DNA of 14,872 nt from Comamonadaceae bacterium (GTDB lineage: Bacteria; Pseudomonadota; Gammaproteobacteria; Burkholderiales; Burkholderiaceae_C). Positions 5,624 to 13,875 of the stretch are shown in pieces (within the stretch, counting starts at the first letter, position 1; each line of letters starts with the position of its first letter). Under the pieces are notes generated by a model. It made no database searches. It was not told where the DNA came from and saw nothing but the letters and a program-made list of their open reading frames with translations. The stretch is from positions 1-14,872 of the forward strand of contig QYPA01000124.1 of NCBI GenBank assembly GCA_007279715.1, read 5' to 3'. A program made the position numbers and the translations under genes.

Positions 5624-6313
5624 ATGTTCAGCGATTTTGAGGAGCGTTTTGGTCCCAAGTGCATAGATGACATCGTGTTTGCCACCCAGCAGCACAGGGA
5701 TCTCATTGAGGATCTGATCACGGGTCAGCGTCCATTTCCCATCACGGAAGGCAAATGCGGCATATTGCTGTATGGCATTCCAGGCACTGGTAAGAGTGCG
5801 TTGGCGAAACTACTGCCAGATGCCATGGAGGCAGCGCGAGGAGGCATGAGTTCTGGGGCAATGTATGTGCGGGTGCAGCCAGGCGCTAATGGCTTGAAGA
5901 TGGTCACTCATATAGCCAACGCAGCCATTCTGATGCCGCTGGGCAAGTATCGTTACTTCGTGCTGGACGAGGTGGATCAACTGACCAAGGAAGCCATGGC
6001 GATCCTGAAGTCCGTGATGAACCAACGCGGCACGGTGTGGGTGCTGACCACCAACGACTTCACTGCCATTGAATCTGGCGTGCGGGATCGCTGCCACTGC
6101 ATCCCATTCAACGCAGCACCCGCAGAGCGCTGGTTGCCACTGGCGCGGCGCATGCTTGCTCATGCGGGTGTGAGTGGCGTGAGTGATGCACAACTGGCAG
6201 CGGTGATCCAGCCATGTGCGGGCAGCGCAAGGCAGATCATGGACGCGGTTATCACATTGGCACTTCGGGTGCGGCGTGCCAGTCAAGGCAGTGTCGTTTC
6301 ACACGACACCTAA
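5624..6313 (+). CDS. AAA+ ATPase of the clamp-loader (RFC / DNA Pol III gamma-delta') type, short form (229 aa)
   Basis: ATG 5624 follows GAAGGAG. Motifs present: Walker A GIPGTGKS, Walker B FVLDEVD, sensor-1 LTTN, SRC-like box VRDRCHCIPF and sensor-2 GSARQIMDA. It is too short to carry a C-terminal collar domain. Confidence 0.85.
   Translation: MFSDFEERFGPKCIDDIVFATQQHRDLIEDLITGQRPFPITEGKCGILLYGIPGTGKSALAKLLPDAMEAARGGMSSGAMYVRVQPGANGLKMVTHIANAAILMPLGKYRYFVLDEVDQLTKEAMAILKSVMNQRGTVWVLTTNDFTAIESGVRDRCHCIPFNAAPAERWLPLARRMLAHAGVSGVSDAQLAAVIQPCAGSARQIMDAVITLALRVRRASQGSVVSHDT
6291..6310. repeat. palindrome family copy B: GTGTCGT-TTCAC-ACGACAC(C), 20/20 identical to 4769-4788
   Basis: Read directly. 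It forms the last seven codons (SVVSHDT) of the ATPase gene, immediately before the TAA. Confidence 0.85.
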
Positions 6314-6351
6314 ATCAGCGAACCATTTGATGATTTGAATGGTTCATTCCT

Positions 6352-6387
6352 AGCCCGCTGGGGTAGCGGGCTGTTTCTATTTTGTTT
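6352..6387 (+). terminator. rho-independent terminator after the ATPase gene
   Basis: AGCCCGCT-GGGGT-AGCGGGCT (perfect 8-bp stem) followed by GTTTCTATTTTGTTT. It is preceded by a second hairpin, GAACCATT...AATGGTTC (6320-6345). Confidence 0.8.
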
Positions 6388-6398
6388 ATCTGATCTGT

Positions 6399-6426
6399 AA
6401 ATTATAAATTATAAATTATAAATTAT
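6399..6426. repeat. tandem heptanucleotide repeat (AAATTAT)x4
   Basis: aaattataaattataaattataaattat read directly, at the GC-rich to AT-rich junction. Confidence 0.9.
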
Positions 6427-6464
6427 TTAATGAATGAATCAGGCTGCAATATTATTCGACTAAG

Positions 6465-6671
6465 TTATTTTCTATTAACGCGGACGAATATTTCCTTATC
6501 AATTTCAGAAAATATTTTCTGATAAATTTCCGGACGAGATGTCATGTCATTTTCAGTAACTTCTTGCGATGTCGCACCAAGAAAACCTGTCTTGTAAATA
6601 GTCTCAGTTTCTTTGAGGGCCTCTTTTTGGCTTTGTTGGTTCAAGTTGTTTTCCTTAATGATTTCAACGAC
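6465..6671 (-). pseudogene. possible gene remnant or small ORF (68 sense codons, no ATG/GTG start)
   Basis: Minus-strand frame is open from just after a TAA (6672-6674) to the stop at 6465-6467. It translates as VVEIIKENNLNQQSQKEALKETETIYKTGFLGATSQEVTENDMTSRPEIYQKIFSEIDKEIFVRVNRK. The only candidate start is a TTG at codon 10. No family recognised. Confidence 0.25.
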
Positions 6672-6691
6672 TTAGCGTATTAATACGAAAA

Positions 6692-6730
6692 AACCAAAGC
6701 TAATACATAAAAGCTTTGGTTCTTTATTTA
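6692..6730. terminator. bidirectional intrinsic-terminator-like hairpin
   Basis: AACCAAAGCT-N10-AGCTTTGGTT (perfect 10-bp stem), flanked by an A-run upstream (cgaaaaaa) and CTTTATTTAT downstream. Confidence 0.55.
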
Positions 6731-6857
6731 TGGAAAATATTGTGGGATTTAAGCGACTTTGCTTTTTTACGCTCCCCAAGCTCAACACGCTTTTTTAACT
6801 GTGCCAGCTACCCAATGCTTCGCTCAGTGCTTCTAAACGTTTGTAGCTTGTTTTAGC

Positions 6858-7217
6858 GTGTCAGACTACCGCGACAAGAGCAACCCGGACAGGCCACGGC
6901 ACAAGACGATGACGCTTGGCGCCGATGAGTTCATGCGCCGCTTTCTGCTGCACGTATTGCCCAGTGGCTTTCACCGCATCCGCCACTTTGGCCTGATTGC
7001 CAACAACGGGCGCAAGGAGAAACTGGCGCTGGCTCGTGAGCTCTTGAACCTGAAGCCTGAGCTCAGCTGCGAGGTCAAGGCAAGCGAGACCGCCGATGAG
7101 CTAGCAGGGGCGAACTTTGTGTGTGCGCACTGCGGTGCGCAGATGATGGTTCTTGAGTCGTTGCTGCGCTGTCATTCAATTCGGGGGCCACCTCAATTGC
7201 GAGGTGAACTGTGTTGA
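6858..7217 (+). pseudogene. IS91-family (rolling-circle, HUH-type) transposase, C-terminal ~119 aa only
   Basis: The peptide contains MTLGADEFMRRFLLHVLPSGFHRIRHFGLIANNGRK and a C-terminal CAHCG motif. Both are characteristic of the C-terminal third of IS91/IS801-type transposases (~400 aa full length). The frame is closed by a stop just upstream, at an abrupt AT-to-GC composition switch. Confidence 0.75.
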
Positions 7218-7561
7218 CAAGCGTGCCGCATTGGCTATGTAGAAGACTGACGATGTCACTTGATACGTCAGATGGGGTAGGCTTGCGTCAAACTGCTCGA
7301 GCGGACTTTTTCACACAAATAGGCGGGGCAAATAACGCTCGATTTATTCGCTTGCTGTGCACTTGGCCAGTGGTGTACGCAGTGATCGCGCATCCCGACA
7401 ACAAGTTGGCACTCAACGGCAACATCAAATCGCCATAGCTCTTCTCTGATCGGGGCACTCGCTTGCCCCGCGGTTTCCTCCCTCGGGGCTTGTACGACGC
7501 CCACCCTTACGAATTATCGGGATGCACGTGGCTTGCCTACGCGGGTGGACATCCTACAACC
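6858..7561 (+). mobile_element. 5'-truncated IS91-family element remnant, including the putative ori-type end downstream of tnpA
   Basis: The transposase fragment is followed by ~340 bp of GC-rich non-coding tail. The tail has hairpin CGGGGCA-N6-TGCCCCG (7451-7470) and ends ...GCCTACGCGGGTGGACATCCTACAACC (7535-7561). From memory this resembles the ...CCTAT(A/C)CC termini of IS91/ISCR oriIS ends. Composition drops to AT-rich shortly after. Confidence 0.55.
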
Positions 7562-7726
7562 CTAAACAATTGCAGTCGTTCAGGCAAACCTAGAAAGTCT
7601 TGACGATTTCTCAACAGCAGTCATCCAGGCGTTTGTCAACTGTCTTGATGGAATGCCATAGTCAACAGACGCCACTATCTGCTGTTAAGTGACGCCCGTC
7701 GCGAGTAACGACGTTGTAAAGAGCTA

Positions 7727-9016
7727 TCAGCTTGTTTGTTTGATAGCTCGTTTAGCCCCTTCGATCAGTTTCTTCGCAGCCTCATCAATGGTGATCTTGC
7801 CAAAAGCCAGTTGGTCCGCAATGGGTCTTACTACTCCATTTTCAACCTCGATCGCACCCGCAGGTGAAGCGGGTGGATATGGCATCGTTACTTTTTCAAT
7901 TGATGAAATGAACTCTGCAGACATTTTTTCAATGTCGTTCAAGCTTGTCATGACTTCACTGCGCACTTTCAGGTTGGGAGGTATACCTCGTTCAACTTCA
8001 AGTGCTTTTCCTGCATTGATGTCATTGACAAATAAGTCAATGAACTTAACGGCTGCATCGATATTTTTTGCGTCTCGGCTGATACTCCAAACAAGACTTG
8101 GACGGTAAAAAGTGCCTGAAGGACCACCTTTTTTTGTAATCGGAAAAGTAGCAATACCCAGTTTGGCTTCTGGTAGCAACGTACTGAATGCGTTGAGATT
8201 ATTCGAATACAGCAAGGCGGCTGAGCAACTTCTTTGTGCCATTTCACTGCCGTCAGGAGTCATCAGACCTTTCGTTGAAACGTCTGCTGGTGTGCAACCA
8301 CCGGCTTTGCGAAGGTTTTCCCAATAGGTGTAGAACTCTCTGGCATCATCATAATCAAAACCCAATTTTTGATCTGCAGTGAAATAAAGTTTGCCACGCT
8401 GCATCATCCAAGCCTGCAACACATTTGTTTGGCGTGCACAGTATGGTGATGCCCAGTAGCGTCCACCGCCATTGGCTTTAGTGATCTCAATGGCCTGTTT
8501 TGCATACTCTTCCCAAGTTAATCCAAAAGTAGGCTCTGGAATCCCTGCCTTGGCATAAGCACGTTTGTCATAAATCATGGCAAAGGAATTGAGCGATTGG
8601 GCAATACCCATCATTTTGTTATCCACACGGCCGAGCTCAAGAATTCCTTTGCCCAAGTCCTTGGTCCGGATTGAACCTTTGGAGATGAAATCATCCAGAG
8701 AAATTAAAGCTGAACGGCGCGAGTAATCTGGTAGCGTATTGGGTTCCAGCTGAACAATGTCAGGCATGTTTCCACCTGCCATCATGGTATTTAATTTGGC
8801 CCAGTAGTCACTGGAAGTCTCCGCATTTGCGGTCAGTCCAGGATATGACTTGGCAAAAATCTCTGTAACGGCATTGGTGCGTTTGACACGATCGGGGGAG
8901 CCCCAATACATGATGCGCACATTTACATCAGCCGCTCGCGCAGATGGTGAAACTATGCTCGTGGCCATACTGGCCATGGCCAAACCGCTTTTCAATACTT
9001 GACGTCTGCTTTGCAT
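7727..9016 (-). CDS. ABC transporter extracellular solute-binding protein (carbohydrate type, family 1) with twin-arginine signal
   Basis: 429 aa. N-terminus MQSRRQVLKSGLAMASMATSIVSPSARA gives an S-R-R-x-x-L-K Tat motif plus an A-x-A cleavage site. AGGAG RBS. Last gene of the operon. Confidence 0.9.
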   Translation of the reverse strand: MQSRRQVLKSGLAMASMATSIVSPSARAADVNVRIMYWGSPDRVKRTNAVTEIFAKSYPGLTANAETSSDYWAKLNTMMAGGNMPDIVQLEPNTLPDYSRRSALISLDDFISKGSIRTKDLGKGILELGRVDNKMMGIAQSLNSFAMIYDKRAYAKAGIPEPTFGLTWEEYAKQAIEITKANGGGRYWASPYCARQTNVLQAWMMQRGKLYFTADQKLGFDYDDAREFYTYWENLRKAGGCTPADVSTKGLMTPDGSEMAQRSCSAALLYSNNLNAFSTLLPEAKLGIATFPITKKGGPSGTFYRPSLVWSISRDAKNIDAAVKFIDLFVNDINAGKALEVERGIPPNLKVRSEVMTSLNDIEKMSAEFISSIEKVTMPYPPASPAGAIEVENGVVRPIADQLAFGKITIDEAAKKLIEGAKRAIKQTS

Positions 9017-9095
9017 CGTAATCTCCTGGTTAGAGTGGTGGTAAGGGGAAAGTAGGGAATGAAAATGAATATGAAGGTTCGTTTAGTGGGCTGAT

Positions 9096-10193
9096 TCATA
9101 CGGCTTCAGGTCTTATCTGTTGAATAGTCAGACCGTTGGCATCGAACACATGCAAATGTGAGCGGTCGATAGCGAAAGGAATCTTTTGACCCGCCTGAAT
9201 CGGATGCTGCCCTGGCAGAGACATCGTGAGCGATTGACCATCTGATAACGAACCGTAAAGATAGACTTGGCCACCAAGTTGTTCGGTGTGTGTGACGGCC
9301 AATTCGCCCAGCAACCACGAACCTTCTGTCCAAAGTACAAGATGCTCAGGACGAAGCCCGAGAGTCAACTCCTGCTCATGAATAGTCAGTGCAAAAGGCA
9401 AATCAAAATCAGTACCAGAAAGTGAAAACCAAGCGCGTTCTTGCTCGTGCTTAAGAAATTTAATTTGAACCAAATTCATCTTGGGACTGCCGATAAAACC
9501 TGCAACAAATTTATTCACCGGATGGTTGTAGATCTCCAATGGACTACCTATCTGTTCCACATTTCCGGATCGCAAGACCACAATCTTTTCAGCCAAGGTC
9601 ATAGCCTCCACTTGGTCATGCGTCACATAGATCATGGTCGTACCAAGTTCTTTGTGTAAGGCAGCGATTTCAACCCGCATCTGAACTCGAAGTTCTGCGT
9701 CAAGGTTGGAGAGTGGTTCATCAAACAAGAACACCTTAGGGTCCCGAACGATAGCGCGCCCAATCGCAACACGCTGACGTTGACCTCCCGAAAGTTGTTT
9801 GGGCTTACGTGCTAACAGAGGTCCGATTTGAAGAATATGGGCAACCTTTGTAACCTTTGTTTCAATTTCACTTTTTGCCTCGCCCAGAGTTTGAAGCCCA
9901 AATGCAAGATTTTGGTAAACCGTCATATGGGGATATAAGGCATACGATTGGAAAACCATAGCAATTCCACGCATTGCGGGTGGTGTTTGATTGACGACCT
10001 CGCCATTCATGAGAATTCGGCCCTCACTGACCGTCTCCAGGCCCGCGATCATGCGCAGAAGGGTCGATTTTCCGCACCCAGAAGGACCAACAAAGACGAC
10101 GAATTCTCCGGCTTTGATTTCAAGACTCACATTGCGGATAATCTCATTGCTTTCAAATCGCTTGGTGACTTTATCTAGGAAAAGATCTGTCAT
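9096..10193 (-). CDS. ABC transporter ATP-binding protein, MalK/UgpC/MsmK type (365 aa)
   Basis: Walker A GPSGCGKST, Q-loop, signature LSGGQRQR, Walker B VFLFDEPLS and H-loop VTHD. A C-terminal regulatory (TOBE-like) extension is present. AAGGA RBS. Confidence 0.95.
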   Translation of the reverse strand: MTDLFLDKVTKRFESNEIIRNVSLEIKAGEFVVFVGPSGCGKSTLLRMIAGLETVSEGRILMNGEVVNQTPPAMRGIAMVFQSYALYPHMTVYQNLAFGLQTLGEAKSEIETKVTKVAHILQIGPLLARKPKQLSGGQRQRVAIGRAIVRDPKVFLFDEPLSNLDAELRVQMRVEIAALHKELGTTMIYVTHDQVEAMTLAEKIVVLRSGNVEQIGSPLEIYNHPVNKFVAGFIGSPKMNLVQIKFLKHEQERAWFSLSGTDFDLPFALTIHEQELTLGLRPEHLVLWTEGSWLLGELAVTHTEQLGGQVYLYGSLSDGQSLTMSLPGQHPIQAGQKIPFAIDRSHLHVFDANGLTIQQIRPEAV

Positions 10194-10213
10194 TGTTGTG
10201 TCCTTATCTGAAT

Positions 10214-11101
10214 TTATCGTTTCATGCCGGTAGTTGCTACGCCTTCAATCAACATTCGTTGAAAGAAAAGAAACACGATAAAAACGGGCAGCAATGCCAA
10301 TGTGGACATGGCAAACAAACCTACCCAATCGGAAATCGAAGTTGCGTCAATAAAGGAGCGCAAGCCGAGTTGAACTGTGTAAGACTTCATCTCATTCAAA
10401 TAAATCAGTGGCCCAAAAAAGTCCCCCCAACTCCAAATAAAAGAAAAGATGGCAGTGGTTGCAAGTACTGGCATTGAAAGGGGTAGCAATATTTTTAAAT
10501 AGATGCGCCACGGGCCGCATCCATCCATTTGAGCAGCTTCGTCTAACTCTTTAGGTATGCCCCTGAAAAATTGGACCATTAGAAAAATGAAGAAGGCATC
10601 AATAGCAAAAAATTTAGGGACAACAAGTGGCAGATAAGTATCCAGCCACCCAATTTTCAAGAACATGACGTACTGGGGGATCATCACGGCATGCTGAGGC
10701 ATCATGAGTGTGCCAAGCATGATTGCAAACCAAAAGTTTCGACCCTTGAAGTTCAATCGAGCAAAAGCAAAAGCAGTTACCGAGCACGACATGACATTGC
10801 CAATCACGGTTAACACCGATATGAGCAAAGAGTTCCAGGCAAAGGTTCCAAATGAATAAGTCAGCGCAGACCAGGCTTCTTTGTAATTTTTTAAGTTTAG
10901 AACACTGGGTATAAGAGAAAAATTATTCAAAATTTCCCCATTGGTTCTGAATGAACTTGCCACCATCCAAAGCAGGGGATAGAGCATGAATACTGAAAAT
11001 ACAAGTAAAAGAATATGCAGAGACAATGAGACAAGAAATCCGCTAGATTGGCCATTATTCTTGATAGGGCGCATCAAAAAATTGAGCTTTCTACTCGTCA
11101 T
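10214..11101 (-). CDS. carbohydrate ABC transporter permease (MalG-like), 295 aa
   Basis: Multi-TM protein with EAA loop EAAQMDGCGPWRIYLKILLP. Its start overlaps the upstream permease stop by 11 nt (translational coupling). Confidence 0.9.
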   Translation of the reverse strand: MTSRKLNFLMRPIKNNGQSSGFLVSLSLHILLLVFSVFMLYPLLWMVASSFRTNGEILNNFSLIPSVLNLKNYKEAWSALTYSFGTFAWNSLLISVLTVIGNVMSCSVTAFAFARLNFKGRNFWFAIMLGTLMMPQHAVMIPQYVMFLKIGWLDTYLPLVVPKFFAIDAFFIFLMVQFFRGIPKELDEAAQMDGCGPWRIYLKILLPLSMPVLATTAIFSFIWSWGDFFGPLIYLNEMKSYTVQLGLRSFIDATSISDWVGLFAMSTLALLPVFIVFLFFQRMLIEGVATTGMKR

Positions 11102-12014
11102 AGTGCACCCACAATTTGGATGTTAAAAATGCGATAGCTGTGAAGCTGGCAATGATCACAATGAGAATCCAAGCCAATGCAGAAGCGTTACCCATGCGCA
11201 AATATGCAAATGCTTCTTGATAAAGGTAAAGGGTATAAAACAGAGTGCTGTTGACTGGTTCACCTGTACCCCCACTGATAATGAAGGCCGGCGTAAACGC
11301 TTTGAACGCCTCGATGGTTTGCATCACAGCATTGAAAAAAATGACTGGCGTCAGCAAAGGCAATGTGATTTTAAAAAACTGCCGGACAGGCCCTGCGCCA
11401 TCAATGCTTGCGGCCTCATACATGTCTCGTGGAATTTGTCTTAATCCGGCCAAAAAAATGATCATTGGTGAGCCAAATTGCCATATGCTCAAAATGATCA
11501 AGGTGTCTAATGCATGATCCGGCGTAGTGATCCATCCAGGTCCTTCATAGCCCATCAGTCGCATTAAGTAAGTGGCAAGCCCATCAGTTGAAAAGAATTG
11601 GCGCCAAAGAATTGAAATTGCCACGCTGCCACCCAGAAGGGATGGAAGATAGAAGATGGCTCTGTAAATGGAAAGACCACTAAGCCCTTTATTAAGAATC
11701 ATCGCCACGGCCAATGCCGCCACTAATTTCAGCGGAACAGACAGAACCACATAGACAAAAGTAACATGCAAAGCATCCCGAAATTTTGAATCTTCTGTGA
11801 GGATGCGGGCGTAATTCTCAAGCCCCACCCAAACTGGCGGCCTGGCTAAGTCGTATTCAGTGAAGGAAAGATAAAGTGAAGCAATCGTCGGACCAAATGT
11901 AAAAAGGAAAAATCCTGTCAGCCAGATCATTAAAAATTTATAGCCACTCAATTCATGGACCCATCGATCTGTCCATCGATCTTTTCGGGGAATGTCGGTG
12001 CTTGAGGATTTCAT
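11091..12014 (-). CDS. carbohydrate ABC transporter permease (MalF/UgpA-like), 307 aa
   Basis: Multi-TM protein with EAA loop EAASIDGAGPVRQFFKITLPLL. Confidence 0.9.
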   Translation of the reverse strand: MKSSSTDIPRKDRWTDRWVHELSGYKFLMIWLTGFFLFTFGPTIASLYLSFTEYDLARPPVWVGLENYARILTEDSKFRDALHVTFVYVVLSVPLKLVAALAVAMILNKGLSGLSIYRAIFYLPSLLGGSVAISILWRQFFSTDGLATYLMRLMGYEGPGWITTPDHALDTLIILSIWQFGSPMIIFLAGLRQIPRDMYEAASIDGAGPVRQFFKITLPLLTPVIFFNAVMQTIEAFKAFTPAFIISGGTGEPVNSTLFYTLYLYQEAFAYLRMGNASALAWILIVIIASFTAIAFLTSKLWVHYDE

Positions 12015-12035
12015 GGAGATGCAAGCGAATGCTTC

Positions 12036-13856
12036 TTAAACTTTGCCTATAGATTTATTGACCGGTGTTGTGCAATTTTTTGCCCAATCGGCATAAATCT
12101 CGGAAACTTTTTGAAATGAAATTTTCTTATGCTGTCTGTCGCTTGCAATTAGCCCTTTCAGATTGATACCCCGTTGAAAACTGTTTTGTCGGCGTTCAGT
12201 TCTAAAGTCATAGAGGACCCATGGTGAAATTCCGCGGATGTAACTTGCCTTTTTCAACATCTTTAATTGTGTTTCTAAAATCAAAGATTGGTTCTCCTCT
12301 GAATAACGATCAGAGTGTTCGCCATGCAGACCGGGTAATGCATCTGCACCTGTTTCAGTAATGACGATGGGTTTGGTGGGATTTGAGTTATTCAGCAACT
12401 GAGACAATCCCTCAAAAGAAGGCTCATACCAACCGAAATATTCGTTGATGCCAATGACATCCAGTACTTCACTGAGTCGATCTTGGATTTGAAATGTTTC
12501 CCTGTTAATTAGGCATGCAGCAGAGATCAATCGCGTGTCATCTGCTTTGCGCGCAGCAGCAGCTAACCGTGACATGAAACTCAGTCTCGCGTCAGTGTCA
12601 TGATTTTCATTTCCTACGCCCCAAAAAATGATACTGGAACGGTTTCGGTCACGTCTTATCAACTCTTGCAGTTGATTGTTCGCATCATTGAATGTGTCTG
12701 GGTTACCGAAATCTATTGCCCAATACACAGGGATTTCTGCCCATAATAAGATCCCTAATTCATCTGCAATGCTTGCAACAAGTTCATGGTGAGGGTAGTG
12801 GGATAGTCGAATGAAATTTGCATTCAGTTCTTTGGTATGTCGAAGCATGTCACGTACTGTTTGTTCATTGGATACTTTTCCGATCGGCAGGTTTTCCTCG
12901 TGGACGCTGATGCCACGTAAAAACAAGTCTTCCCCATTCAATAACAGTCGGTCACCATGGCACCTTATTTGACGAAAGCCCACCTGGTCGAGTATCGCGT
13001 CTGTCCCGTAACTAACCTTGATTTCGTAAAGTTTCGGATTGTCCGGGCTCCATGCTTGGAAATCTAAATTGATTTTTTTGACACCCTTCCCCGCGACCAA
13101 CACCATCTCAAATACTTGATCAAGTTCGGGCAATTCAATCTGCGCGACGCCATCAATCGGTTCGGAAAGACAAACTTCGAATTGAATCTCCTTGCGCGCA
13201 GGCTCATTAATCCAGGCAGCGTGGAAGTCTTGAATAAAAACGGCAGGCAGAACGACAAGGCAAACCTCTCGATACAGCCCGCCGTAGTTAAACCAGTCAG
13301 TGTGATTCATGGGCACGCGGTCTGCGCGACAACGGTTTTCAACCTGGATCTGCAGAAGATTGTTCAAAGGTTCCAAGTTCGCGCTGAGTTCGATGAAAAA
13401 TGGCGTGGAGCCACCTTGATGGCTACCCATAAATCGACCGTTCAAGAACACCCGTGCTTCATAGTTGGCTGCACCCACACGCAAGAAAATGCGATCTTTT
13501 TTGGAAGACGGTGGTGAGTCAAATGTTCGGGAATACCATGCACTGCCTTCAAAGTGAAACCACTCGGGACGCACAGTATTCCAGCACGATGGAACTTTGG
13601 TCGTTTGCCAATGGGCATCATCGTAGTCTAGGGGCGGGGAATCCTTTGAGTGGGACTTGTTTTGAATCTCATACCACCGCTGCCTGAGTCCTTCGTCATG
13701 CGGGTCAATCACAAAATTCCAAACGCCATCCAAGCTTACTGTTGCCCGGCCTGCCATGGTGATGAGATTGGCCGCTTGGACTCTGCCAGCAGCAAATGGC
13801 TTCGCATAGTCTTCATCATGCAGATGAGCATAAGGGTCCTTGACGAGCGATTCCAT
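12036..13856 (-). CDS. glycoside hydrolase family 2 enzyme, beta-glucuronidase/beta-galactosidase-like (606 aa)
   Basis: Collinear with the GusA-type layout: LDGVWNF..., HQGGSTPF, NFIRLSHYPH, acid/base region FWGVGNE and nucleophile region VITETGADA. Its length matches ~600-aa GH2 glucuronidases. GAGG RBS. Confidence 0.9.
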   Translation of the reverse strand: MESLVKDPYAHLHDEDYAKPFAAGRVQAANLITMAGRATVSLDGVWNFVIDPHDEGLRQRWYEIQNKSHSKDSPPLDYDDAHWQTTKVPSCWNTVRPEWFHFEGSAWYSRTFDSPPSSKKDRIFLRVGAANYEARVFLNGRFMGSHQGGSTPFFIELSANLEPLNNLLQIQVENRCRADRVPMNHTDWFNYGGLYREVCLVVLPAVFIQDFHAAWINEPARKEIQFEVCLSEPIDGVAQIELPELDQVFEMVLVAGKGVKKINLDFQAWSPDNPKLYEIKVSYGTDAILDQVGFRQIRCHGDRLLLNGEDLFLRGISVHEENLPIGKVSNEQTVRDMLRHTKELNANFIRLSHYPHHELVASIADELGILLWAEIPVYWAIDFGNPDTFNDANNQLQELIRRDRNRSSIIFWGVGNENHDTDARLSFMSRLAAAARKADDTRLISAACLINRETFQIQDRLSEVLDVIGINEYFGWYEPSFEGLSQLLNNSNPTKPIVITETGADALPGLHGEHSDRYSEENQSLILETQLKMLKKASYIRGISPWVLYDFRTERRQNSFQRGINLKGLIASDRQHKKISFQKVSEIYADWAKNCTTPVNKSIGKV

Positions 13857-13875
13857 CTATACAACCTCTGATCTT

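Noticed and set aside
3684-6286. Antisense or alternative-frame ORFs (3684-3971-, 3744-3993+, 4093-4665+, 4637-4969-, 4769-5044+, 4777-5514-, 4866-5360+, 5094-5528-, 5810-6286-)
   Set aside because: All overlap longer ORFs that have recognisable motifs or RBSs. Their translations are Arg/Ala/Cys/His-rich, as expected for non-coding frames of GC-rich genes.
4769-6310. The VVSHDT repeats as a diversity-generating retroelement template/variable repeat pair
   Set aside because: The repeat is only 20 nt and perfectly identical, with no adenine-specific mismatches. No reverse transcriptase gene is present.
3589-6313. A known anti-phage system built around the ATPase (PARIS, Gabija or Septu-like)
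   Set aside because: The ATPase belongs to the clamp-loader AAA+ clade, not to the ABC/OLD-type ATPases. I recognise no nuclease, TIR, Toprim or other effector hallmark in the partners.
6399-6426. CRISPR-like or minisatellite array
   Set aside because: It consists of four contiguous 7-nt units without spacers, which makes it a simple AT-rich microsatellite.
7211-7504. ORFs 7211-7438(+) and 7268-7504(-)
   Set aside because: They lie in the non-coding tail of the IS91 remnant, overlap each other, and have no RBS or recognisable motifs.
7695-7713. Possible sixth palindrome copy CCGTCGC-GAGTA-ACGACGT
   Set aside because: It shares the 7-5-7 geometry and the GTCG/CGAC cores, but both outer arms diverge from the family consensus. 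It is too degenerate to count without statistics.
7969-13871. Short ORFs nested in the sugar operon on either strand (e.g. 7689-8108+, 9441-9659+, 9948-10233+, 11217-11517+, 13116-13517+)
   Set aside because: All are embedded in or antisense to strongly supported ABC-transporter and GH2 genes, and none has an independent signal.
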